Notes: generated from the letters alone by a model not told the origin. A DNA stretch of 64,000 nucleotides from an uncultured Lachnospiraceae bacterium (GCA_964470175.1 CAYYBL010000001.1:4982-68981), one strand, 5' to 3'. Shown: positions 1 to 10,544, counted from the stretch's first letter. Numbers and translations are program-made.

Positions 1-2320
1 TCTGGTGTTAATGATGAAAACTCATATCCAATAATATTTCCCTTTGCTTCTCTTTCTTCATCAGAATCAATTATATCTCCTAACTGATTTCCTAAAACCT
101 CTTTTTCTGTATCAATTGCATTTCCTTCTGTATCAAGATATTGCACTCTATAGCTCAAATTATTGATATCAAGATAGTATAAAGTGATTACATTTTGTGA
201 TTCATCAACTCCTATAGTAAGTGTTTCTGGATTACTCTTATAGTATATATATCCATCTATATTTATGACATTAGCTGAGCCTTCTGTCATATAAATTATA
301 GTTCCAAATGTTTGATTTTCTACTACAACAGAATCTGCAATAGTTGCATCTGTAACTGCATCTTTATAATTAATTGTGTAACTTAGGTTTGTCAAAGGCT
401 TGTAATAGAATATTATTAGGTTTTCATTACTATTTGATGATATTACAATACTATCTTCTGGATCACTATGATCAAATTCATATCCTTCTATTTCAACTTT
501 ATATTCATCTGTTATAGGAAATACACTTGATGCGACCAATTTCTTTCCTATAATAACATCATCCATAAGTTGTGTCTCATCACCAGATGTCATATCTATA
601 TATCTTGCCCTACATGTTATACCCATATCTTCTTCATAATATAAATTCAATACATTTGAACTATTATCTGTTCCGATTATAACCATATCAGGTTCTGAAC
701 TAGCATAATTGTATTTTATAGTTTCATTGTATTCATTAACTATATTTATATAGTCTGAATCTATATTATCATCGTAATCATATGGTGTATACTCTCTTTC
801 AAATGCAAGACCTGTAACAGTCACAGAATCTTTCAATTCATTATCATTAATATCAAGAAAATTAATTGTACAAGTTAAATCATTTCTCCTGTTATAGTGA
901 ACTTCAATAACATTATGTGATGTGTCATAGCTTACAACTAAAGATACTGGAACAACTGGATTTTCTTCTACTAAAGTAAATCCATCAATCGGTGCTCTTA
1001 AAGTTGTATTATATGGTGCTTCACTCAAAGCATTATTTATTGCTGTTTCATCTAAAACTGTTCCTATTGTTACATCTTTAATAACTACTTCTTCTTTTAT
1101 TTCATATTTTTCCTCTTCAATTACTCCTCCTTCATTATTCACTATATACTCATAATACTTTATTGTAACATCTGAAACACTTCCATTTAACCAGTTTGCC
1201 ACGTATTCCTTGTTTCCATACTCGCCTTTAAGTATCACATAATCTGTTTGTGGTGTCGTACCATTACTTCCTGTCCATCCTTCAAAAATATCATACACGC
1301 CTGTTATATTATCTAATCGTGTTGGATTTGGTATTGTCACATCAGATGAATTATATACGTAGTAAGCAGGTGCATCATCAGGCAATTCTCCACCACTTGT
1401 ATCATATGTAATACTATATTTTGCAACTAAATCATGTGAACTTGTACTATTAGTTGGAAATTCCGTAATCTCATTGCTATTATCTGATAAATCAAGCCAT
1501 ACTTTTCCAACATCATTACCATCCACAAGTTCAAGTAAAATAGAAGAATCATTGGTTTTCTTTGGCGTATATATCTCACTTAAATCAAATGTATCATCTA
1601 GTGCACCTTCAAACATCATAACATTTTCAAATGTAAAGTCGCTTAAGTCAAGAAAAACTAATTTTTCACATCCCATAAGCATATTTCTAATATCTATTAG
1701 CTTATCTGTTTGTCTATCTGGATCTCTTCCAATTATCTTATATCCACTAATTTCCAAGTCTTCTGTTGATGAATCAATTACTGTTTCACCCATCAAGCTT
1801 ACTACTTTATTTGTGCGTAATGCCTTATTGGTTCTTTTTTCAACATATCTTACAATATATCCATATTCTATGTTTTCTACATCTATATTATAAAATAAGT
1901 TTATTACATTTAATCCACTTGATAATTCAAATGTCGATCCTTCTACACTTGATGAATCATATTGGTATCCATTTATCCCTACAATTTCATCTGCAATGTT
2001 TATTGATGTTCCTTCTACCATCCTATATACATGTTTTGATGGTTTTATTTGATTATTCGAATCTTTATCTAAATAATTAACTATATAACCTGCTGCATAT
2101 TCATTATTATTGACATAATAGATTATTAGTATATTATTCTCAACTGTATTATCAGCTACAATTAATTCACTACTACAACTATCATATGTGTATCCATTTA
2201 TGGTAATTATCTCATTTACAGCTTCGATTTCTTGCTGTGATGATAAGCTTACCACTTTTTCTGCATGAAGTACTTCATCTGTATCTATATCTAGATATCT
2301 CACAACATATCCATATTCTA
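1..2320 (-). repeat. Array of about 8 MucBP-like repeats (interrupted at about 1190-1700), continuing beyond the window
   Basis: Hand translation gives repeated units such as YVVRYLDIDTDEVLHAEKVVSLSSQQEIEAVNEIITINGYTYDS...ILIIYY, YIVNYLDKDSNNQIKPSKHVYRMVEGTSINIADEIVGINGYQYDS...VINLFY, YTINYKDAVTDATIADSVVVENQTFG...NIDGYIYY...VITLYY and YRVQYLDTEGNAIDTEKEVLGNQLGDII...IIGYEF. These fit the MucBP pattern Y-x-V-x-Y-x-D...G...GY...Y. Confidence 0.65.
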
Positions 2321-5300
2321 TATTTTGTAAATAATCAGTATTCTCTTTATAGTAAATTGTAATTAAGTTATCCTCAATTGTGTCATCTACCGTTAGATTT
2401 CTTGGATTCTTTAACCATTCTGTATCATTATCTGTCAATATCAAGGTTTCAAGGTTTTCGCAATTTTGAAAGGCATTTGACATATTCTCAATATTTGCCA
2501 AATTCCAAGAACTTATATCAATACTTGTAAGTGAAGTACATCCACTAAATAAGTCTTTAATGCTATTAACATATCCATCTAATGTCCATGTATCTACACC
2601 AAGTGTACTTACACTTGAACACCCACAAAAAACACCTTCTATATTCATTACATTTGAAACATTCCAATACCATTTTACTGGGTTTCCTACAAGATCTTCT
2701 TCCGCTACCCTTGTGTCAACTACTAAGTTTTCTACTGATGCACAATCCTTAAACATATAGCTAATATTTGAAACATTTGTTGTATCAAAAAGTTCTACAT
2801 AAAGTTCTTGTACCTTTTCACAACCATCAAACATATTTGACATACTAGTAACATTTGAAGTATCAAATCCACTTACATCTAGAGTTGGAATTTTCTCACA
2901 ACCTTGGAACATTCCTTCCATACTTATAACAGATGATGTATCCCAGTTTGAAACATCAATCTGTGAATTTATGTTTACAATACCACCACCTGATGTTAGT
3001 ATGTTTTCTGATCCCATTGACCTACAATCTTTAAACATGTAAGACATATTTTCGACATTACTTACATTCCAATCACTTACATCAAGTAGTTTAAGTTCTT
3101 GACAACCACTAAACATATATCCTAAATTGTTTGCAGAACTCATATCCCAATCCTGAACGCCAATTTTCTCCAAGCATTCACAATATCCAAACATTTCAGA
3201 AAAATCATTTACATTTGATACATCCCAATACACCTTTGAATTAACAACTCTTGTACTAACATCAAGTCCATCTTCATTATCATCACTCTTTGATAGTAAT
3301 AATGAACATCCACTAAACATACTTGCCATGTTATATACATTAGAAGTGTTAAATTTACTTATCTTTAAAGCCTCTAATGAAGAACATCCACTAAACATAT
3401 ATGACATGTCAATAACATTTGATGTATCCCAATTTTCTAAATCAAAACTTTTAATTTTTGAGTTTAAACAATTTAAAAACATTCCACTCATATCATATAC
3501 TTTTGAAACGTTCCAATTAGACACATCGATTGCTTTAAGACTACTACAATCAGCAAACATTCTACTAGTGTTAGTATTATTTCTTAAATGTGTACCATTC
3601 CAATTGCTTCCAAAAGTTATTTTTTCAAGTCCTGTACAACCATCAAACATCCTAGAAGTGTTAGTAACTTTGTCTACATTCCAACTAGACAAATCCATTT
3701 CTGTAAAATATACACATCCACTGAACATACCACTTAAATCTACATCATTACCTACATTAAAATGACTTACATCAAAAGGTTTAAGACTTTCCATACCACC
3801 AAATGTAAAACTCGTGTTAGTAACATTTGAGATATCCCAAGTAAATATATTATTGTCCTCCTCATAACTACTTGTTCTACTTTCCTCTGTAAACCCTACC
3901 AATGACGTACAGCCATTAAAAGTATAGCTTAAATTTGTAAAATGACTTGAATAAATCTCCCATAATTCTACGATATCAAGTTCAACAAGATTTTCCATTT
4001 CATTAAACATTCCGCTTAAATCTTTAGCAGCATTTAAATGCCATCCACCTATTGGAAGACACTCTATCGAAGTACATCTATCAAACATATATGAAAAACT
4101 AACAACTTTACTTACATCCCAACTAGCTATATCAATAGTTTCATCAGATTCAAGTGTTGATCCCAAAAGCCTCATACCTGCAAACATATAAGACATGTCT
4201 GTAACATTTGATGTGTTCCATTTATCTCCAAAACGTGTTAAATCAAGTGCATCAATTGAATAACATTCCGCAAACATATAACTCATGTCTCTAACATTTG
4301 AAGTTTTAAACTTAGAAACATCCAAATCTCTAAGTACTATACACTCATTAAAAGTTCCCTTCATGCTAGTGACATTCGTTGTGTTCCAGTCTTCTCCAAA
4401 ATTTATTTCAACAAGGTTACTACAAGCACTGAACATATAACTCATATCTGTAATATTTTCAGTTGTTGAAACTCCACTTACATTCCACGTTGACAAATCT
4501 AAAGAAGTCAATCCTTGACAATCACAAAACATTCCTTGTGTATTCTGTACACTAGAAACATTCCATGAATTTGTACCATTTGTGAATTCAATTTCAGTAA
4601 TTCCAGATCCTCTAAACATCTCCATCATGTTTTGGACATTACTTACATCCCAAGATGTTACATCCAAGCTTTCTAGACTTTCTGTATAACTCAAGAAATT
4701 TTTTAAATTAATTACTTTATTAAATGACCAATTTTCAATAGGTAAAGAGCTTATAGTTAAGCATCCATTAAACATACCCTCCATAGTGATATTTTGAGCA
4801 TTTGTTCCAATTGACCAAGAATCAATATCTAATTCTTCAAGTTCAGAACAATTGCAAAACATATTTTCAAAACTTGTCACGTGAGACACATCCCACGATG
4901 CAATATTAATGATATTTTTCAATTTTTGACAACTTTTAAACATACTTGTCATATTTATAACACTAGAGGTTGTAAAATTATTTCCAAATGAAATATTTTT
5001 AATTTCAAGACATCCATCAAACATATATTCAAATGATGAAACATTTTGTGTATTCCAGCTTGCAAGTGAAAAAGCTTGTTGTTCAACATATACTCCAGTA
5101 TTACTATTGTACAAATCCGCTCCTAATACTGAACATCCTCTGAATACTCCTGCCATATTGCTTACGTTTCCCGTGTTCCAACTAGATACATTTAAAGTGT
5201 ACACAGAACTACAATCTTGGAACATATATGAAATATCTTGCACTCCTGACATATTGAAATTTGAAACAGCAAGAGATTCAACTCTTAAACATCCATCAAA

Positions 5301-8300
5301 CATATGAGACATATTTGTTGCCATTCCAGTATTCCAACTTGATACATTTAAAGTTCTAAGCTGAAGGTTTCCAGAAAACATATAACTAAAATCTGTAACC
5401 TTTGAAACATCAAAACTAGAAACATCAAAAATTGGTGCTCCTGTTATTTCACTTTGCTTTATTCCTGCAAATACATCATAAAAACTTATATAATAAATGG
5501 CATCTCCGCTAGGAAATACATAAAATTTATCTCTTTCACTATCCCAGTATACATCTACAGTTGGCTCAGTAGCATTTGCATCATTACTATCAACAAGTGT
5601 TATCTTAGGTAAATTACTCAAAGTAACACCACTTGGAACAGATCCATCAAAATATGGCTCAATAGAATAGATTGAATTACCAAACATATAAGACATATCT
5701 GTTACATTAGATGTAGTGAAAGTATTAGGCAACACTAAATTTCCTATCCTATAGCAATTACTAAACATATGAGACATATTTGTAACGCTTGACGTATTCA
5801 AAGCTGTCAAATCAAGATCATTCAAAAATGCACAATTATTGAACATATAGGACATATTTGTCGTATTTTCCGTTGAACTAATTTCACTAAAATTAACATC
5901 TAGCAACATCTCTAGTTCGTTAAACATATAACTTGCATTTTGATTTAGTTTTAAAGCGCCATCTCCCTTTACATATATAGTTTTAGAAGAATTATCCCAA
6001 TATGCTTTAGCATCATTTATTGTCAATGCAACATCAGTACTTGGATATGAATTCAAGTTTACACCACTTGGATTGAAAATAATATGCTTTATTAAAATAT
6101 CCTTATCTCTATATGATCTACTATTTCCATTTGCAAGTGTTTTTATTGCAGAGTTAAATTCTGATCCTGTCTTTAAAGTAACAACTTTTGAACTCCAATT
6201 TGCTGTATATGTTTTATTTCCCGTATCAGCAAGTGTTATATAGACAGGTGATTGTGGAGTAGTACCATTACTTCCTGTCCACCCTGTAAATGCCTTACCA
6301 CTACGAGAAGCTCCTAGTATCGTTACCTCTTCTATTCCAGCGAAATAATGATTTGGATTTGAAGGATTATTTACACCTCCTGTTCCCAAATTATAAGAAA
6401 TTGTAAATCTCAAATCACTTCTTGCTAATATGATAGATGATGTTTGATTTTTTGGTAAATATGTAACATTACTATCATCAGAAACTTTATACCATGTATA
6501 AGGTGATACACTTGGTAAATTTACAGTTGTATTAGAAGTTATTTGAGGCGTATATATTATTTTAAGTGAATTACAACCTGTAAGCATATTTGATACTGAG
6601 CTTACACTATTCATATTAAGTGTACTTAAATTTAGTTTTCCTACACTTGTACATCCGTTAAACATATATGACATGTTTGTTGTACTATTTGTACAGTTTA
6701 CTCCATCAAGGTTTACATCTGTCAAGGCTCCTAATTTATTAAACATATAACTTGAATCAGCATTTAATGTCATAATTCTATTGTTTGAATCTACATATAT
6801 TGTACTTGTACTACTGTCCCAGTAAGCTTTTATTTTTCCTGCATCCATACCTACGTCTATATTTGGAAAGCTGCTTAAGTTTATTTGTGTTGGATTAAAT
6901 ACTATCTTATTTATTCTTGTATCTGAAAAATTATGGTCTTTTGTTTCTCCATTTGCAAGAGTTTTTATTGCAGCATTAAAATCCATTCCTGTTTTTAATT
7001 CTAGTGGTATTTCTTCCCACACCCATGTGCCTGACATAGTATTTCCAACATAATTATTTGTTAATTCTGATGCTGTATAAGCATTTCCTATATAATCTGA
7101 CTTTATCCATTTTCCAGTATATTGCGATCCTACTGGTGTTGGCAAGAGTGCCCATTTCGTACTATTAGATATATTATTTCCTTTAAAGCTAAAATTAGAA
7201 GAAAGTTTTACTATTTTTAAAATATCACAATCTCTGAACATATTCTGCATGTTAGAAACATTTGAGGTATCGAAACCAGAAATATCTACTTTAGATAGAT
7301 TTGAGCAAGATTCAAACAAAAATGACATATCTGTTACACTTGAAGTATCAAAATTACTTAAATCTATTTCATTTAGTTCTGTACAACCATAAAACATATT
7401 GTACATACATTCTAATTGTGATGTGTTCCAACCACTTAAATCTAATTCCAATAGATTCTCACAATTAAAAAACATAAAGTCCATATGCTTTACTTGTGAG
7501 GTATCAAAACCAGATACATCTAATGAAATAACTTTATTACAGTTTTCAAACATATAGGCCATGTTCAATACATGCTTTGTATTAAATTTTCTTAAATCTA
7601 TTGTCTCTAATTTTCTACAATCAGAAAACATATATACCATATTTTCTGTATTTTCAGTAGAGGTGATTGCATCAAGATTTACATCTGTCAATGCACCTAA
7701 TTTATTAAACATATAACTTGCATCTCTATTTAAAACAATACAATTATTGTTTGATTGTACATAAATAGTACTTGTACTACTATCCCAGTACGCTTTTATT
7801 TTTCCCTCATCTGTACATACATTTATATTTGGATAGCTGCTTAAATCAATTCCTTCTGGATTAAAGACAATTCTTTTTATTAAAGTATCTGAATAATTGT
7901 AATCTTTAGTTTCACCATTTGCTAAAGTTTTAATTGCTTCGTTAAAACTCATTCCTGAATTTAAAGAATAAGTTGTGCCTATGCAGAAACCAAAAGCAAG
8001 GCCGCTCACGTTATCAACAATACCACTATAATCAGTAGTACCACTGTAGCGTACATCATATGCATTACTTGAATTGTTAAGATATGGTGAACGAAGCCAC
8101 CAGAAAAATGGATCATTAGCTTCATCATAGCTTATCCTATTTGTATTCTCACTATTACTGTATGATGATATATAATATTTTGATTCATTATTTCCAAATT
8201 TATTATATCCAACTCCACTCGTGCCTATTCCTTCTGTTGTTCCTCCAGAAATTTGTCCTGTTCCATACACTTCTCTCTGTGAAAATAACCATATTTTATC

Positions 8301-10544
8301 TGATATATCGCTATTTTGTACATAATTGCTTTCACTTGTACCTGTTACATATTTTACTTTTTTGGCAATTATTAAATTTTTTAAATCGCTTTCTATACAA
8401 CTATATAGAGAATTTGACTCGGTTAAATTTACATCTCCAGCATATCCTTTATTTGTTTTACTATTTTCACCTATTAATGTAGCTCTTATATGTGATATGC
8501 TATATCCACCCGCATTTCTTGCATTTGAGCCATAAGTTTGCTCTCTACTATCCAGTGTTACTCCTGTTCCCACATACGAGTTATCGCTTGGTTTTGGATT
8601 CCACTTTCTATAGTAATCATTAATTGCATCACGAAGAAGTCCAGCTCCATCACCATATTGAGTATATGTATTTTCAGTAGATAATAGACCATTTAATGTC
8701 AGCGATACACTCTTTGTATCTCCACACAACATACAATCTGTAAATACTGTCTTATCTGCTACATTTGAAATTTGTTGCCATGACATTGTATGCAAATTTA
8801 CATCATATTTATCCTTTTCTATCTTAGTCCTTGTTACTCTTGCATTAGAAGAATCTGTTAAATACTCAAATGTCGTAGATTCCGACATATCTGATGATAC
8901 AGTATGAGTAACAATTTTCACATAATAAATTCTACTTCCACTCGATGTTTCCTCATATTCATGCGTTACATAGCTGTTGTTATAGTCAGCTCCTGTTGCA
9001 GGACCAAATGTAAGACCTAATGTATTTCCATTTTCATCCACATCTTGATTAATTCCATATATCTGTACAGCGTATTTTACTCTTCTTCCCACTTCCAAAA
9101 CCCATGTACCAGACATAGTTGAACCATTATAAATATCTCTTAATTCATTCGCTTTATAAGCATCACCTGTATAATCAGATTTTATCCACTTTCCAGTATA
9201 TGGCGTATCTGATGGGTTATACTTAACTTTTTCTGGCGTATCTGATGGTGTAAAAAGTATCGCCCATTTTCCACTGTCAGTTATTCCATTTCCCTTAAAA
9301 CTAAAATTTGGAGAAAGGACTACTTCATTCATTGATTCAGTTGCACCAAACATGCCACCCATATCACTTGCGGCAGATGTATCAAACATGTTTAAATCTA
9401 AAGATGATAAACTTGAGCAATTATAAAACATATACCTCATATTAGTTACATTGGATGTAGAAAAATTACTACCCAAAGTTAAATTTTTTAGGTTATAATT
9501 GCTCATGAACATTTCATACATACTTGTACCACTTGATGTATTTAGAGACCCTAAATTTAAACTTTCTAGGCTACTACAACCAAAAAACATAGCATCAAAA
9601 TTTGTTACATTTTCGGTGTTAAGATTAGACACATCAAGTGATGTCAATGAATAACACCTGCTAAACATATTATTTACGTTTGTAACTTTCTCTGTATTGA
9701 AATAACTTGGGAATGAAATCGAAGTTAATTTATAGCAACATTTAAAAAACCATGCCATTGAAGTAACTTCATCTGTATAAAATGTATTGCCAAAATTAAA
9801 ACTAGAAAGTTCATAACAACCTTCAAAAAAACGAGCCATATTAGTTACTTTTTGTGTATTGAATTTGCTTAAATCAATAGATGCTAAATTTCTGCAATCT
9901 TTAAATAAGCCTTGCATACCTGTTACTACATTTGATGTATCTATTCTCGAATTATCAAAATTTATTGACCTAAGTGATCTACAATTGTAAAACATATAAG
10001 ACATGTTTGTAAGATTTGGAGTATAGAAATTATTTCCAAAATCAATAGAAGAACCAATTGTATTTCCTGGTGAAATTGAAACCAATTTTTTACAATTAAA
10101 AAACATACCTGCCATTGATTGAGCATTCTCGGTATTAAAATTATCGAAATTTTTTATGTAAGTTAAATTTTCAAAATCACGAAATAAACTAACTGAACTT
10201 TGACCTGTACCTAATGTTACAGTACCACTAAAATTAACACCTGTTACCTGACTTGCATAGTCGTGCCATGGTCCATCTCCAATAGGATAATTGTTTAAAG
10301 GAGCATAGTTTTCGTATGTTGGTGTATAAGTTAGTGTACCTGGTCCAATGGTTAAAAGGCCATCAGCATCAATAGTCCAATCACATGTTCCAAGTGTACC
10401 ACTTGCTATATCTGCATAAAACAACTTTTTCAATCCATTTTTTGAAATAAATTGATTTGCATACAAAACAATTCTTAAAGCTATCATCGCTAGAATAGCC
10501 AGTGTAATAATAATTTTCAGAGATAATTTAAATGATTTTTTCAT
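1..10544 (-). CDS. Giant secreted surface protein, N-terminal >=3514 codons only (the ORF leaves the window at position 1): signal peptide, DUF285/'26-residue repeat' LRR-like arrays, WWLRSP-motif domain, Listeria-Bacteroides repeats, MucBP-like repeats
   Basis: Absent from the supplied ORF track, presumably because it has no in-window stop. ATG at 10544-10542 is preceded by GGGGGAGA (10548-10555). Hand translation starts MKKSFKLSLKIIITLAILAMIALRIVLYANQ... The frame (codons end on multiples of 3) stayed open in every stretch I translated (10544-6120, 3301-3360, 2460-1) and ends ...GNIIGYEFSSLTP at the window edge. The track shows no minus-strand ORF fragments over 1-10544, which fits one unbroken frame. 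Confidence 0.85.
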   Translation of the reverse strand, partial: MKKSFKLSLKIIITLAILAMIALRIVLYANQFISKNGLKKLFYADIASGTLGTCDWTIDADGLLTIGPGTLTYTPTYENYAPLNNYPIGDGPWHDYASQVTGVNFSGTVTLGTGQSSVSLFRDFENLTYIKNFDNFNTENAQSMAGMFFNCKKLVSISPGNTIGSSIDFGNNFYTPNLTNMSYMFYNCRSLRSINFDNSRIDTSNVVTGMQGLFKDCRNLASIDLSKFNTQKVTNMARFFEGCYELSSFNFGNTFYTDEVTSMAWFFKCCYKLTSISFPSYFNTEKVTNVNNMFSRCYSLTSLDVSNLNTENVTNFDAMFFGCSSLESLNLGSLNTSSGTSMYEMFMSNYNLKNLTLGSNFSTSNVTNMRYMFYNCSSLSSLDLNMFDTSAASDMGGMFGATESMNEVVLSPNFSFKGNGITDSGKWAILFTPSDTPEKVKYNPSDTPYTGKWIKSDYTGDAYKANELRDIYNGSTMSGTWVLEVGRRVKYAVQIYGINQDVDENGNTLGLTFGPATGADYNNSYVTHEYEETSSGSRIYYVKIVTHTVSSDMSESTTFEYLTDSSNARVTRTKIEKDKYDVNLHTMSWQQISNVADKTVFTDCMLCGDTKSVSLTLNGLLSTENTYTQYGDGAGLLRDAINDYYRKWNPKPSDNSYVGTGVTLDSREQTYGSNARNAGGYSISHIRATLIGENSKTNKGYAGDVNLTESNSLYSCIESDLKNLIIAKKVKYVTGTSESNYVQNSDISDKIWLFSQREVYGTGQISGGTTEGIGTSGVGYNKFGNNESKYYISSYSNSENTNRISYDEANDPFFWWLRSPYLNNSSNAYDVRYSGTTDYSGIVDNVSGLAFGFCIGTTYSLNSGMSFNEAIKTLANGETKDYNYSDTLIKRIVFNPEGIDLSSYPNINVCTDEGKIKAYWDSSTSTIYVQSNNNCIVLNRDASYMFNKLGALTDVNLDAITSTENTENMVYMFSDCRKLETIDLRKFNTKHVLNMAYMFENCNKVISLDVSGFDTSQVKHMDFMFFNCENLLELDLSGWNTSQLECMYNMFYGCTELNEIDLSNFDTSSVTDMSFLFESCSNLSKVDISGFDTSNVSNMQNMFRDCDILKIVKLSSNFSFKGNNISNSTKWALLPTPVGSQYTGKWIKSDYIGNAYTASELTNNYVGNTMSGTWVWEEIPLELKTGMDFNAAIKTLANGETKDHNFSDTRINKIVFNPTQINLSSFPNIDVGMDAGKIKAYWDSSTSTIYVDSNNRIMTLNADSSYMFNKLGALTDVNLDGVNCTNSTTNMSYMFNGCTSVGKLNLSTLNMNSVSSVSNMLTGCNSLKIIYTPQITSNTTVNLPSVSPYTWYKVSDDSNVTYLPKNQTSSIILARSDLRFTISYNLGTGGVNNPSNPNHYFAGIEEVTILGASRSGKAFTGWTGSNGTTPQSPVYITLADTGNKTYTANWSSKVVTLKTGSEFNSAIKTLANGNSRSYRDKDILIKHIIFNPSGVNLNSYPSTDVALTINDAKAYWDNSSKTIYVKGDGALKLNQNASYMFNELEMLLDVNFSEISSTENTTNMSYMFNNCAFLNDLDLTALNTSSVTNMSHMFSNCYRIGNLVLPNTFTTSNVTDMSYMFGNSIYSIEPYFDGSVPSGVTLSNLPKITLVDSNDANATEPTVDVYWDSERDKFYVFPSGDAIYYISFYDVFAGIKQSEITGAPIFDVSSFDVSKVTDFSYMFSGNLQLRTLNVSSWNTGMATNMSHMFDGCLRVESLAVSNFNMSGVQDISYMFQDCSSVYTLNVSSWNTGNVSNMAGVFRGCSVLGADLYNSNTGVYVEQQAFSLASWNTQNVSSFEYMFDGCLEIKNISFGNNFTTSSVINMTSMFKSCQKLKNIINIASWDVSHVTSFENMFCNCSELEELDIDSWSIGTNAQNITMEGMFNGCLTISSLPIENWSFNKVINLKNFLSYTESLESLDVTSWDVSNVQNMMEMFRGSGITEIEFTNGTNSWNVSSVQNTQGMFCDCQGLTSLDLSTWNVSGVSTTENITDMSYMFSACSNLVEINFGEDWNTTNVTSMKGTFNECIVLRDLDVSKFKTSNVRDMSYMFAECYSIDALDLTRFGDKWNTSNVTDMSYMFAGMRLLGSTLESDETIDIASWDVSKVVSFSYMFDRCTSIECLPIGGWHLNAAKDLSGMFNEMENLVELDIVELWEIYSSHFTNLSYTFNGCTSLVGFTEESRTSSYEEDNNIFTWDISNVTNTSFTFGGMESLKPFDVSHFNVGNDVDLSGMFSGCVYFTEMDLSSWNVDKVTNTSRMFDGCTGLEKITFGSNWNGTHLRNNTNTSRMFADCSSLKAIDVSNWNVSKVYDMSGMFLNCLNSKIKSFDLENWDTSNVIDMSYMFSGCSSLEALKISKFNTSNVYNMASMFSGCSLLLSKSDDNEDGLDVSTRVVNSKVYWDVSNVNDFSEMFGYCECLEKIGVQDWDMSSANNLGYMFSGCQELKLLDVSDWNVSNVENMSYMFKDCRSMGSENILTSGGGIVNINSQIDVSNWDTSSVISMEGMFQGCEKIPTLDVSGFDTSNVTSMSNMFDGCEKVQELYVELFDTTNVSNISYMFKDCASVENLVVDTRVAEEDLVGNPVKWYWNVSNVMNIEGVFCGCSSVSTLGVDTWTLDGYVNSIKDLFSGCTSLTSIDISSWNLANIENMSNAFQNCENLETLILTDNDTEWLKNPRNLTVDDTIEDNLITIYYKENTDYLQNIEYGYVVRYLDIDTDEVLHAEKVVSLSSQQEIEAVNEIITINGYTYDSCSSELIVADNTVENNILIIYYVNNNEYAAGYIVNYLDKDSNNQIKPSKHVYRMVEGTSINIADEIVGINGYQYDSSSVEGSTFELSSGLNVINLFYNIDVENIEYGYIVRYVEKRTNKALRTNKVVSLMGETVIDSSTEDLEISGYKIIGRDPDRQTDKLIDIRNMLMGCEKLVFLDLSDFTFENVMMFEGALDDTFDLSEIYTPKKTNDSSILLELVDGNDVGKVWLDLSDNSNEITEFPTNSTSSHDLVAKYSITYDTSGGELPDDAPAYYVYNSSDVTIPNPTRLDNITGVYDIFEGWTGSNGTTPQTDYVILKGEYGNKEYVANWLNGSVSDVTIKYYEYIVNNEGGVIEEEKYEIKEEVVIKDVTIGTVLDETAINNALSEAPYNTTLRAPIDGFTLVEENPVVPVSLVVSYDTSHNVIEVHYNRRNDLTCTINFLDINDNELKDSVTVTGLAFEREYTPYDYDDNIDSDYINIVNEYNETIKYNYASSEPDMVIIGTDNSSNVLNLYYEEDMGITCRARYIDMTSGDETQLMDDVIIGKKLVASSVFPITDEYKVEIEGYEFDHSDPEDSIVISSNSNENLIIFYYKPLTNLSYTINYKDAVTDATIADSVVVENQTFGTIIYMTEGSANVINIDGYIYYKSNPETLTIGVDESQNVITLYYLDINNLSYRVQYLDTEGNAIDTEKEVLGNQLGDIIDSDEEREAKGNIIGYEFSSLTP
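1190..1415 (-). repeat. Second Listeria-Bacteroides (Flg_new-type) repeat
   Basis: Translation: YSITYDTSGGELPDDAPAYYVYNSSDVTIPNPTRLDNITGVYDIFEGWTGSNGTTPQTDYVILKGEYGNKEYVANW. Confidence 0.65.
2440..5460 (-). repeat. Long DUF285/26-residue-repeat array (period about 75-78 nt) within the giant ORF. Shorter arrays lie at about 7200-7680 and 6540-6720
   Basis: The plus strand shows ...acatccactaaacat... (= MF-x-GC on the minus strand) recurring about every 75-78 nt. A checked stretch (3301-3360) translates SKFNTSNVYNMASMFSGCSL in the same frame as the start codon. Confidence 0.75.
6190..6420 (-). repeat. Listeria-Bacteroides (Flg_new-type) repeat
   Basis: Translation: FTISYNLGTGGVNNPSNPNHYFAGIEEVTILGASRSGKAFTGWTGSNGTTPQSPVYITLADTGNKTYTANW. 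This has the typical Y-x-(I/V)-x-Y...GG...F-x-GW...A-x-W layout. Confidence 0.65.
7981..9080 (-). other. Embedded globular domain with a WWLRSP motif (resembles the DUF6273-type domain of Firmicutes surface proteins)
   Basis: Hand translation runs VKYAVQIYGINQDVDENGNTLGLTFGPATGADY ... DKIWLFSQREVYGTG ... NDPFFWWLRSPYLNNSSNAYDVRYSGTTDYSGIVDNVSGLAFGFCI. The family assignment is from memory of the motif only. Confidence 0.5.
9330..10190 (-). repeat. N-terminal DUF285-type (26-residue surface-protein repeat) array inside the giant ORF
   Basis: Translation shows units of about 25-26 aa such as FNTENAQSMAGMFFNCKKL, LTNMSYMFYNCRSLRSINF, FNTQKVTNMARFFEGCYEL, LNTENVTNFDAMFFGCSSLESLNL. This is the F/W-[DN]-T-S-x-V-x-x-M-x-x-M-F-x-x-C-x-x-L pattern. 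Confidence 0.7.

Noticed and set aside
2440-5460. Regular ~75-78-nt periodicity that could be mistaken for a CRISPR array or satellite
   Set aside because: The periodicity is in frame within a long ORF and encodes the 25-26-aa DUF285-type repeat. There is no repeat/spacer alternation and there are no cas genes.
1474-8535. Plus-strand ORFs listed in the track over the first 10 kb (e.g. 1474-1893, 3328-3765, 8141-8482)
   Set aside because: Their products are low-complexity (Ser/Leu/Phe/Ile-rich), and I found no RBS. They lie antisense to a continuous, motif-rich minus-strand ORF, so they are shadow ORFs. The same applies to all other plus-strand ORFs in the track inside the giant genes.
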